Source of the DNA: Dudresnaya verticillata
Taxonomy: Eukaryota
Assembly (NCBI GenBank): GCA_977862235.1
Contig: OZ374557.1
Coordinates: 2,914,001 to 2,978,000 of the forward strand
Direction of reading: 5' to 3'
DNA: 64,000 bases
Shown: piece by piece, positions 51,001 to 62,500 of the stretch
How the letters are laid out: each line of letters opens with the position of its first letter
Position numbering within the stretch: the stretch's first letter is position 1
Translations under genes and position numbers: made by a program
Notes under the pieces: model-generated
Told to the model about the DNA's origin: nothing
The model's database searches: none
Seen by the model: the letters and a program-made list of their open reading frames with translations, nothing else

Positions 51001-52330
51001 TCAAAACCAAGGGCAAGCGGTTTAAGCATCAGAAGTTCATGAAGCTATTTCCCGCGAGTGTCCCACTGGAGTTTGTCGCTACGGACATACCGGGCCCACT
51101 GCCGGAAACCAAACCGGGATACGTCTTTGTCCTGGTCATCACCGATCGGTTTTCTAAACGAACACGGTGCATCCCGTTACGGACGATTACAGACGCTGTG
51201 GTGGCGGACGGACTTTTAGACCATTGGGTGTATTCGTATGGCACACCTAAATTTGTACTCACCGACAATGGAAGACAGTTCACGGCGAAGTTCTTCGACG
51301 CTGTCTGTGCCCTACTCGGAGCTCGGCATTTGCTGACCGCTGCCTATCACCCGCAAACCAATGGGCAAGCCGAGCGGTTTAACAAAACCATAGCGCAGCG
51401 TCTCCGAAACTACGTCGAGGATCACCACACCGATTGGGATTTATACCTACAGCCGTTGACCTACTCCTACAATATGTAGGTACACCGGATTACGGATACT
51501 ACTCCCTTTGAATTGGTGTTAACTCGACACCCATCGGATATTATTGTGCGTGGCACCCCTGTGGAGTTGGAAGAAACCGTTACGGAGGGGCGTATGACGC
51601 CCGTACTCCAAAAGCGGGGAACCATGCGGCGTTTGCGCGATGCCCTACAGAAGGTGCAGACCAAACAGACTACATCCCAGTTGAAGTCTAAGGCCCTATT
51701 CGACCGTAAGGTGCGTTTACGACCGGTGGTCCGCGGTGGCGATCAAGTCTACGTAGATCGCCCGCCGCTTAATCTACGGCCCACGGAACGGAAGGAACGC
51801 GACCGATTGGGTCAAGGCCCTGACCACGTCGGTGAATTTGGGGAGCAAATGAAGAAGCTTCTCCCACGATCGACGGGCCCCTACGAGGTACACACCGCAA
51901 CGGACACTGTAGTCACTATCAAGAAGGATGGCGTCCTGATTCCCAACAGCATCGATCGCATCACTAAGGTACCAATTGGAGTTCCTGTGCAACCGGCGCC
52001 GCTATTGGCTCCGCCAGTTACGCCACACACCGACGTGGACGGTACAGTACCCCAGCAGGCCGGAGGCACCACAGTAGTACCCCAAACACCAGGTGGTATT
52101 ACTGTAACGCCCCAAACGCCAGGCAGTATTCCTGCCCCCGTGCCGGAGACAATTGATGCCGACACGGAGTATGTCATCGAGCAGATCGTGGGACACCGCG
52201 AAGAACCCACGGGCATGACCTACAAGGTGCGTTGGTACGGCTACCCACCAGATCAGGACACGTATGAACCCGCTGAGGAGTTGCCCCAAACTTCATACAC
52301 CGCTATTGGAATAGAAAGCGCACGGCAGCC
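48029..52330 (+). pseudogene. pol: aspartic protease, RT, RNase H, integrase, chromodomain; frameshifts and stops
   Basis: LDSGAG; WASPVVFVPKKDG, LDCNSGYWQ, MPFGLKNAPATFQR, YLDH (YLDD degraded); TDAC, EKECLAVV, TDH; TDNGRQF, PQTNGQAER; YVIEQIVGH...YKVRWYGY...TYEP. Confidence 0.95.
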
Positions 52331-52436
52331 GCTGCAGCTCGACGTCGCAGAGCTCCCACGCGTCGATAGCCAGTCGCTACTCACCCACGCAGTAGGGGGT
52401 TTGGCAAAATCGGGCATGACCCGTGGACTCCGTGTT

Positions 52437-52562
52437 CACAGAACCCTTGCCCAAGGGGCTCTACTCCATATTGGTGACTTGGCTTTGGTACAAAATGGGC
52501 ATGGCCTCTGGACTCTGGAACCACAGAACCCTTGCCCAAGGGGCTCTACTCCATATTGGTGA
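52437..52562 (+). repeat. 41-bp direct repeat x2 downstream of pol
   Basis: CACAGAACCCTTGCCCAAGGGGCTCTACTCCATATTGGTGA at 52437-52477 and 52522-52562. Confidence 0.9.
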
Positions 52563-52752
52563 ATCTCCGGCAAGCGCGCAACCACTTCTGGTATGAGGTA
52601 GTCGTCAACCAGACGCAAAGCCTTGCATAGTGGAGAGTATCCCCGCCACTTCGGGACTCACTCCACAGTGGTGTTATTCCACTTCCCCTCCGCCAGTGGA
52701 AGGGGGGCTCACAAAAGTCACAAGATTTTATTGACAAGTGGCATTTCTACGC

Positions 52753-55347
52753 CTACACCGCATTTCGTGGACGCTTCGCTGGTGGCGCCAGGTCAGCCTC
52801 CGTATCCTCCTCTTTGGCCGCACTCTCCTCCAAGTCGAGAATATCCTCACCATATACCCTTGCGGTAATCATGATGAGTCTCCTACCGGTGTCTGCCATG
52901 CGACGATGCAAAGCGCGAATGGTACGCCGTAGGCACACCAGACGCCCGACCCACAGCACTGCGGTGTTAATGGACTCGTTCGCCGACGCGGGAAGGGGCA
53001 TTCCCGCGTCTCTACACCCTTCGCGGAGTCGCTGCAGGGCAGCCCCATCTATGCGCAACTCCGCTTCGGTCCAACTCGTCATCTCCTTCGGGGTATCCTC
53101 TTCTTGCTTCACCGTCACGGGGTCGATATTACGGGGTGGCCCTCCACCTGGACCCGCAGCGGCCACAAACATCACGGAGTCACTCGACGCGGGCGACACC
53201 GGTTTGGCAACTTCGCTCCGCTTCGGTACAGGAGTCTTCACTGCTACGGTAGGCCGTGTGGTCGTGAGTGCGTCCACTTGGTCGGTCCCCACCGGTGTAG
53301 CGTCCTCTCCCACTTCGGAGTCTTCGTGCTCCCCGACGGGACCCAACTTAGCCGCTGCTGCTGCTACTACCGTGGGCTTCTGACCAACTACCGCTACGGC
53401 ATTCGCCACCTTGTCCAACTTGGTGTTCTTGTTGATCCCCGGCGAGACTGTCGGTTTCGAAGCCCCGATTGGCGTGGACGCTGCGGCCACCCCCGACGAA
53501 CCCCCCTGCGTCTCGATCTCCGCCCCTACAGGAGGAGACGCCGTTACGGCCTTCTTTGGCGACTAGGTAGTGCGGTCGCCCCACACCTGTATGGATTATC
53601 CACCAGGAGCTTCTCTTGGCACGAGGACCCTGGGGTCCCCGCGCACCCTCTCGATCTCGTCAACCCCCACTGGTGTAATCTCGTCAGCAGGCAGACTGTC
53701 GAGGCACCCCTGTTGATGCTGCACACCGGATGGAGTACCCCACTCGCGTGACGGCGGAGCCCTCGATGGCCCCTCCGTCATGGGGTAGAACCTCGAGCGG
53801 GAGCGCATCGCGTGCCAGCTTGACATCTCCTCGTCGATCAACCACGCCGACTCGGGGTCTTCTTCCGATAGGAAATACGCCATACCGCACCCGGGGTTGA
53901 GTGGCGGCACCGACAGCACGCGGTCGTCTTTTCAATGATAACCGATGAACCCTGGCGTTCGCTCCCAGTTGGTGTCTGCGTCAACCACGAAGAGACGTTC
54001 AACACGCGCCAAGGGGTATTCGGTCCCCTCGACCAACCGGTCTACTCCAACTTGGTGTATAAGGGTAGCCACCGGCCCTGGTAGCTTGAATATGCGCCCG
54101 CAATTGCCAATTCCCGGATCCGTTCTGCTCCGCAGGTACGCCCTCCAGTCGGTTATCTTCGTATTAGCTCTTACACCCCGGTAGATAACCTGTAGCCAGG
54201 AGAAGAGGACTAACATTGCCCATTCCGCTAGGAGTATCCGACCCAACACAGTCATCAGCGGATGGTCAACTGACTTCTCTCCGCCTGGGTGTGCAGCTTG
54301 CCAGTCACGATGCTGAATGAACCGATTGGAAACGTACGTCACCACCGTCGGAGTTGGCACTGACACCCAACGGGTGACTTCATACTCAGCCCACCAATCC
54401 GGAGCGGTGCAGTACAATCGACGATGCGCCCCCGGCGGCACCTGGAAGAATTCGTTCGTGTTCCAAGTATGGAGTATCACCCTTCCGAGGCGGCGCCCAT
54501 CTCTACTCCGCAACCGGCGTCGATGCTCTTTCGCTGCGTCGTCAGCACACCGTTGCGGATTCCCAAACCAGTGGACGCCTTGGTCATACGGCTTCTCGTA
54601 GCACAGGAAATCGACACCAACCGGATGATCTCGCAGTCGGTGGGCCCTTGCCAGCAATCGACATACCTTATCGGGATAGCCCTCTTCCTCCTGACATCTC
54701 AACCACACGATGTCACACCCGGTTGGAGTTCGCACTCTACAGTTCGAGTGAACCCACCTGGCTCCTAACATCCCCTCATGCCGATTCGGCAACCGCTTGT
54801 TGTTGATTAACCCACCGGAGTCTGTAACATCGCTGTAGTGACGCCTCTCGAGGGTGCCACCATAGTTGGAAACGAAACCCGATACGGGCATAGGGAGACG
54901 CACCATATCGCGCTCCTCTTCGGTACGCTGGCGCCACCCGGTGCGGTGATCATATTCCCGGCCAGGCCAAGTTCCCTCATCGGTGTAACCTGTCGAGTCC
55001 ACACGCCCATGGTAACTCCCCTGCATCCCCGGCGCGTATGGCAGTGAACTCGATGGTACGCCGCCTACACCCATGTGGAGTGGGAGTGAGGTTACTACAC
55101 CTCCAGCCTGACCAACCTGGAGACCCTGCGCGTACTCCTCATATCGTTCATACGGAGTTGCGCGACGATATCCACCAAGCACCATCTCGGTGCTGCTTTT
55201 AAAAGGACCGGGCTGTTGTGACACCGGCCCCACCTGTCGATCCGGAAGCAGAGTAGGCGTCCGTAGAGCCTCGCCGTCATCGCGCCGTCGCGGCACCCGC
55301 GGGCTACCCACACTTGCTGGCAGCGTCGGCGTTGCGCCCGTTACCAC
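52753..55347 (-). pseudogene. Antisense ORF(s) between pol and the 3' LTR, unknown function
   Basis: 471-aa ORF 53932-55347, in-frame continuation 53596-53919 and 245-aa ORF 52753-53490; similarity to 58620-59537. Confidence 0.75.
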
Positions 55348-55626
55348 CGAAACGCTCGCTATGGTGTCCGCGAGCCCGCCGCCTTATCCCTCTTCTGCCT
55401 CCGGCACCGGAGCCGCCCCCACCGAAGATTACGCCGTTTCGGTTGGAAGGGGCTCCGTGCGCGGTCGGTGTTACCGCCCGCCATCGCTAGCGGTACACCG
55501 GTTTGGACTTGCACGCTGGTCGACTTGCCCGAAGTGGATGTACTCATGAGGTTCGCTCCTTTGTGGGATACACCTGACTGGAGGTGTAGAAGACGTGCTG
55601 TGGCGCACGAGGACATGTCGCCATTT

Positions 55627-55636
55627 AGGGAGGGGG
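55627..55636 (+). other. Polypurine tract
   Basis: AGGGAGGGGG just before the 3' LTR. Confidence 0.85.
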
Positions 55637-55640
55637 TCTC

Positions 55641-56417
55641 TGGTGAAGCGGCCGTTGTGGAGTGCCGACGACGGTTGAGCCGACTCGCGACCGGCGCACC
55701 GGTGAGCTGGCGCCAAAAACCGAACGGGAGTGCAGCGACACAGTAGCACTGTACGCCTTGCTGGAGTCTGCGCGCACCACCAATAGGAGCCAAGTAGTTG
55801 ATCTATTTGTAATTGGGTAATTGTAATGATGCTGTACAGTACGTAGTGTCAGCCGGCCAATGAGAATGCCGAGCATGTCCGCAACGGTGACCGGGACCAG
55901 TAGGGCCGGACCCACCTGGTGGACCAGACCCATTGGGGTCTGTTCCACACGGACCGGACTGCGGGGCGTATCTCCCAGTATATTAATGGGTGGCCACCGC
56001 GAGTCCTACAGTAAACGGGTACGCAACCCTGGGCAAAGTGACTTACCCTAAGCCTTACCCTCATACTCCTTTACGGTTTCCCCTCGCCAGCCCCATGCAC
56101 GGATTCATCTTACCTCCGTCCCGGTCTAGCTGCCCTGGCACTGTACCATCCCCCTTGTCTGTTGTGTCCCTTTACTCCTTACAGGTGTTGCCGCTCGAGG
56201 TACTCCCTTCGGTCTACGAACTAAGCTCTACCACCCCGGTGCCGTATGAGATCACTCCTTATTGGGATTGCCTGATCAGCTCTCCTTACAGGTGTGCCTT
56301 TAACTTCACCACACTCATTATTCCGCAAGGGAGCTGTATAGTGCAGACTTCAATATCGCCCGAGGCGTCGTTACAACGTCTCGGACGGAGCTCTACGCCC
56401 TCGGCGTTACACCACCA
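55641..56417 (+). repeat. 3' LTR
   Basis: Direct repeat of 45065-45841. Confidence 0.92.
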
Positions 56418-56456
56418 ACGGCGTCCAAGACGTGAGTTTGGGCGCGAACCCGCTCG

Positions 56457-57207
56457 TGTGGTGCAAGGGGGTGGCCCCCTTTTCGCTCTGATCTGTAAGC
56501 GTAGCCCAGATCCGGATTGGATCTGGATCGGACACCGGGATCCGAATCCGGATCACCCACACCGCTGCGCGCACGCGCCTGTAAGCTACCCGCTACGCGC
56601 GCGCAAGTCTGTAAGGTACTCCTTGCCCGCGGGTACGCGGCTGCACGACTACGGCGACGTGTCAGACGGGCGGTGGCGTGACGCGCGTCCTGAGTTCCCG
56701 CGCACCGCGCCACGCCGCCGCCGCCCGCATCGTATTGGTAGTATATTAGGTAACGCGTCTGAGACGTTGGAGTAGACCCCGGCAAGGCGGTCTGCCTGCA
56801 CACTTCGCCCCTTCGCTCGTTAGCGTCACTGCCGCTACCCACGTTGGCTACGCGTTGCGACGATCGCGCTTCCGCGTCAATATCCGTCTTTGACGTGTAT
56901 CCCCTTTTGTTTCCCTCCGAGAAGCTCGGTGGTTTCACCCCCAGCGCTCAAGAGCTGACATCGCCGCTGTTAGCGTGGGCTACGTGCCGGACTACCACGC
57001 ACTCATATGAGTGGATATCCACTCCGTTGTGGACGTGTGTTTCCCCATTTCCATTTCTACCGCCTCGGGCGTTTACAGTCCGCCCTTGGCGTGTTACCAG
57101 ACTCTACCCCCGTCTACCGCCCTCATCACTCATCCGCCAGAGGCGAGCTACCGGCCGGGCTACGAACGGCCTGGACAGTGTTTCCGTCCTAGACGTTTTG
57201 CACTACA
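56457..57207 (+). repeat. LTR of a second Gypsy family (solo-like)
   Basis: TGTGGTGC...GCACTACA ends; colinear similarity with the reverse complement of 57211-58103. Confidence 0.75.
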
Positions 57208-57210
57208 ATC

Positions 57211-59537
57211 TGAGGTGCAATCCGTCTAGGACGAGTAGCAACTCCGGGCAGTTCGGACCCGGTGGTAGCGCGCTAGTAACGAGGGTGTGGTAGAGCGTAG
57301 GTAACACGCCGTGGGCGGACTGTAAACGCCCTGGGCGGTAAAAGTGGAACACAGCCACAGAAAGGAGAGAGAGAAGGAGAGAGAGAAAGGGGGAAAGACA
57401 CGTCAAGGATATAGACGGACGCGGAAGGGCGGGTGGAGCTGCGCTGTTGCCTTCGTTGGTGACGGGTAATACGCATTAGCGAAGGGGCTTCAGGTCCGCG
57501 GCCGGCTTGCCGGGATTTACTCAACGTCTCAGACGGGTTACCGAATATACTATCGCTACGACGCGGGCTGCGGCGGCGCGGCGTGGCGCGCGGGAACGCG
57601 GGACGCGTGTCGCGCCCCGGTGCGTCTGATAAGTCGTCGTCGCTATGCAGCCGCGCACCTGCGGGTGAGGAATAGCTTACAAGCGTGCGCGCGGGTAAGG
57701 AATAGCTTACAGGCGTGCGCGGGCGTTGGTAGAGGTGATCCGGATTCGGATCCCGATCCCTGCCAACATTGCTGGCGCGTGAGCGTGCCTTACAGGCGCA
57801 CGCCTTACATTGTAGCGGATCCCGATCTGATCCCGATATCCGATCCAGATCCCATCTGGATCTGGGCCATCATTACAGGTATCCGCCTTACACCTCCCGG
57901 ATCCCGATGGGCGATCTGGATGCGCGCCACGCGGGCGTATAGTGCGTGAGCCGCCATGCCCGGCGGCGGTTGTGGCGTCCGTACGCCGTTGAGCCGGCCG
58001 TCCGTGACGTGTTCGCGCGCGCCAGCGGCGGTTGCGATGCCCGTCGGTAGACGTCTTATGGTACGCTCCGAGCGGGAAAAGGGACTCACCCCCTTGCACC
58101 ACACGACCCCCCTCCAAAACGCGAACACGTCCGACCCTCAACCTGCTGTCGTGCGCACTCCCGCTTCGTCCTTGCCTGCTCTTGCGCCTTCGCATCTTTT
58201 ATTGGTGCGCCCGCGTGTGCGTTGCGACCTCGGCTGTGCCGTAAGAACTCCGCTCTTGTTGCGCGCGTTGCCCATGCTACTGCACCTGCGCTGCCCCGCC
58301 ATCATCGCCTGTGGCGCATTACGATCCACGTCGTTGACGCCGTTCAGATTCCCTCGCCTGCTGGCGTTGCGAACCAATCTTCAGCGACGTTGCCCTCTTT
58401 GCGTATCCCCTGTGGCGTGGGAACTGAACGTCGTTGACGCGGATTTCTTTTCCTCGCCTGGGGCGTTGCAACAGAACGTCATTGACGTACGTTTTGTAAG
58501 ACGTTCGCCAGTGGCGCAGGGTTGTTTGAATCGCCTGTGGCTTTGAACAGTAATCGTCTTCGACGCGCGCTTCGTGAAGCTTTCGCCGGTTGGCGCAGGA
58601 CATTAGTGGTCTTTGACGTTTGCGCAATCATCGCCAGCGGCGCGAACAGATTTTCGTCTTCGGCGTTATGCCGACATTCAATGGTAGGCAGGTGGCCGCG
58701 CCCTGGGCCGCGCCGGTGTACGCGTCGCCTGTCGACTTTGTCCGGAAGAATCCTCGCGATCACGCGCATTTCTTCGCGCGGGCCCCCTGTTTCGACCAGG
58801 AGGCTTTCCGCGAAGAGGAATTCGTCGCTCATTACGATACTAGCGGATTCTTGCCAGGGGGCCTGCCCCTTGGTGTCGCCTGGGCAGTAGAGTGGAATTT
58901 GCGCTGTGCCGTTCCTCCGGAATGGCTTTGGGTACGATCGGGACAATCGCATGCGGACTTCCACGCGCAGTTGGTCTCAGGCGTCTATCGGCGCTTCACG
59001 CGCTACCCCGGGTCGACGTTAACGCCGTCCCTCTTCAATTTTGACGCGGGGCAATGTCGTACAACCGGCGAGGCCGAATATGGTGGTCGTCTTGGGACGC
59101 TATCGCCCAAACATGTGAGCGTGTCAATCGAGCCTCGCGTTTTGGGAGAGGCTTACCTGTTAGGTGTACGCTTGAAAGTGGATTTTCGTTATCTGCATCG
59201 TACGGGTACGTTCTTCTGGGAGCGTTGTATCCTTTGGGAGTGCGAAATGCGTCGCCGAAAGGGCGTATTCGTACCCTACCAGGACATGCAGGTCGACCGC
59301 ATTGAGAGTAGTAAGTTTCCTCACTGTTTTGTGAAGGTGCCGCCTGTATGGCGTGAATTCGAGATATGCGAAGGTTTCGCAGCAGAGCTCCGCCCGTGTA
59401 TCACGTATGTTGGTTCTGATCTGATGACCGACCCATGTTCTAGATATTGGATTGTGTTCTACACCAAGTGGGTCGCCAACGTGGCGTATGCTTGGTTATG
59501 GGAGGTGTATGACACCTTCCGTATGTATCATCTACCA
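57211..59537 (-). mobile_element. 3' end of a minus-strand Gypsy element: LTR 57211-58103, PPT 58107-58115, antisense ORF, cut by the CACTA element
   Basis: Minus strand reads GGAGGGGGG-TCG-TGTGGTGCAAGGGGGTG...GCACCTCA. Confidence 0.75.
58620..59537 (+). CDS. Antisense-ORF protein of the second Gypsy family, truncated by the CACTA insertion
   Basis: FVKVPPVWREFEI...RPCITYVGS...KWVANVAYAWL...MYHLP aligns by eye with YCTAPDWWAEYEV...PTVVTYVSN...EWAMLVLFSWL...IFKLP of 53932-55347. Confidence 0.7.
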
Positions 59538-62500
59538 CACTACGATGGCGATTTCGGCTTGATCATATTAGAATAAATCGCAAAAATAATGGATTTGGCC
59601 CAAGGGATTTTGATGCGCCAGGGTCTGAAAAAATGCGCCAGAAATTGCAAAGGGATTCTGGAATGCATTAGAAATAGGTTATACCCCATAATTAGAGTTC
59701 ATTTCTGGCGCGTCAAAATTTTGAGTCAGATTCATTACCGCCGCAGATTTACGCATGCGCCTTGCAACACCTGCGGCCTTACTGCGATGTTATACTTCAT
59801 CAAGTATTATGTTTCATGTATCATCGCAATTTCCACTTTACATTTTGCGCCCATCGAATCTATACGCATACACTGGCCTACATCACTTAATGACACAGCC
59901 ACTTCGTACATATCAGAAAACATGCTTTACTTCATGAATATGAACCTACACAACTGAAAATGACCGTTTCCTCGGTCTTGTAACGGCACTCGCCCGGGCG
60001 TGCGGCCGAACGCCGGGCGCGCCGGCCGGCGTTCGGCCACACGCCCGGGAGCGTCGCGCGCGCCCGCGCGCGACGTGTCAATCTCCTTCTGCGCCCTTGA
60101 AAATAGCGCTATCAGGCGCCCACGCTTCCCGCGGGAGCATGCGCTGGCACGCTTGCGATTGTGCCTACGCCATGCGCGGAGGGTACCCTTACTCCCTCGT
60201 CTGAAAAAGTACAACCCTCCATTCAACATTGGCTCCGTATGCCTAACAGTTCTTTGTTCCTCATCGACTTCGCATTCCAGATGCAACCCGTCCTCTTGAA
60301 ACGCGCAGTCGTGGTACACAGGGACTCTCCTCATGCCCCTTGTCAATTCCATCACATGAACATTTTCACATAGCGCGGCCGCGCTCACCTGCATCCTCGC
60401 ATCCGCCTTCAAGCACTTAACAACGATTACCCAAGTCCCGCGATCTGACACATTTCTTCCATTCCCTCCAAACTGAAGGCAGCATACCACTGCGAACAGC
60501 TTCATATTTCCACTTCCATCACTTTCTGGCACAATGCCTTTTCTGTTTTCATCCCCGGGCGAAACAAGGCATCTTAATACCATCCCATGGGCACCTATAT
60601 CGTGTCTATAAGCCCGTTGCGGGCCCGCACCCGTCTTCGTTCAAACTCGCTTCGCTCCGCGCATGATGAAGGCTGGGGCGGGAGCTCCATTTCGCCTGTC
60701 GAAGTCTGGGTAGTTCTCCTCGATTGCCGACACAGCCTCGTCAAGCAAATCGTCCCACGTATTTCCAGCTGTTGTAGCTCGCTCTACGCCTTTCAGCTCT
60801 TTCGCAACTGTCGTTCCTGTCCACTCCGCTTCCGTACTCGACCAGGAAGGATTCACCTTACCATCTGCCCTTAGTTCTTCCACTAGCGGCTCCACGAACA
60901 CCCCTTCGATTTTGTCGTCCAAGTCCTGAATAACGGTACTGACTTCGGGGTCCTCTTCCTTAACGGATCAGATCTCGGGCCCGAGAAGTAGCCTTCTGAG
61001 ACCTCTGCGCGCCATAATACGTTCTTAGTTTTTTCCATGCTCCGAAGTGTGTCTAAGGAGGGCAAGCCTGCCCTACCCGTCGTTTCCGAAGACATGCTCC
61101 ACGGCGGATATATTCACATTGTGATGACTACTTCTTGTCACACATCTTTTCAGAGGTGAGTGCGCACCCTCGAATACCAGTGCCATGACATGTCTTGCAT
61201 CCCCAAACATTGGGATAGTGTGATAGTACAGTTCCATGAGGCGATGTAGATTGGGCTTGTCTAAATCGCCGCCAGGATCGTTGGCCTCAATGTACTCGTT
61301 GCACAACTTGACATATTTCGTCGCAAGATTCTTCAGGCGGCGCAGATACGGCTGGCCACCCGACTTTCGAAACGTCTCCACAGCTTTTTTTCCGTCCACA
61401 TGTGCAAGAGGCTACCAGAATGTTCCTGCAATGCGTTCCTGCAGGCACTTGGCCAAGCGGTAAGCATCGGTCGCCTTTCCCAGGGTTATACGAAAGGCAT
61501 AAATAGACACAGGGAGAACGCAGTACAGTTCGGAAAGCTGCATGGACTGTAACGTACTCTCGAAGACGGAATTCTGGGTGAGCATCCCGTTGTCGCGAAG
61601 TCTCTGGAAAATTATGCTATCAGCAATAGTTTTACACTTTGGAGACAAAGCAAGGAACCAGGTTTTGAGAGTATTCTTGATCAAGCCGGTGAGTAATTGA
61701 TCTGGGGCAACGACCTGTGATAGGTACGGGTCGAAGATGCACGGCACGACACGTTCTCCATTGACGTTAAGAGACACGTCCGGCCGGACTCTCTCCAACT
61801 CCTCAGACAAGTATAATAGCCGTTTTATGCCACTATCGTCATACACATTCGACATTCCCATACGTGGTGCTTGGTGCTCGCAAATTCCACTCTCCCGCAA
61901 AGCCTTATGTCGTTCTTTGCAGCGAACACTTGAAGAATGTTGGGAGTGCAGTTGCATAGTATAGCCGAACTTACTTGAAACATCACTGAATACGCATAGA
62001 AAGTTGCAGTGGGTACAAGAGGCCTTGCTAGTGTGTCCAACAACATCTGTAGACTTGGCGGCCGCCGAGAAGTCTGCAATGAACCCGACCGGGTCAAGGA
62101 AGATCCTGACATGCTCCCCGCTTGGGCTCTTCGCTTTGAAACCTTCAGTACATCCCTTCACGAGGTCTGGTACGATGTCCCTCAGAACCTCATTTGTGCT
62201 CACGCCGGGCGTCGTCAGTCCCGAAAGCCGCACAGCTGATCTCTTCGCACGGTTTCGCGGTTAAAGACCGAGTGGGAGAAGGTAGCACCCACCCGCAGAG
62301 CCTTGCGGGAGCAAAGAAGTACAGGGTTGAAAGTCATCACAGTACAACAAAAGGCGATATACGACATAGCTCTCTCCAGAATGAAGGACCCCCATATTTC
62401 TCGGCCGAGAAAGGAAGTCCATGGGCATGTTTTCTTCATCAATGGCATTTCGGAGTGCTCGCTCCCTTCCATCTCGACACACGCCAAGGTGAAAGTCCTT

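Larger units (their letters stand above)
45065..56417 (+). mobile_element. Near-complete Ty3/Gypsy chromodomain LTR retrotransposon with antisense ORF (~11.35 kb)
   Basis: Two 777-bp LTRs (about 26 differences by eye), gag-PR-RT-RH-IN-chromo order, PPT; no TSD found. Confidence 0.95.

Noticed and set aside
3709..51479. Alternative genetic code (TAA/TAG = Gln) or programmed read-through, since several stops fall at Gln positions (18507, 51477)
   Set aside because: The same genes also have frameshifts and in-frame TGA, and TAA/TAG end genes normally (1399, 8856, 41594); ordinary decay explains the pattern.
45065..56417. RIP-like C-to-T hypermutation
   Set aside because: By-eye LTR comparison gives about 26 differences with roughly 40% transversions, not a transition-only pattern.
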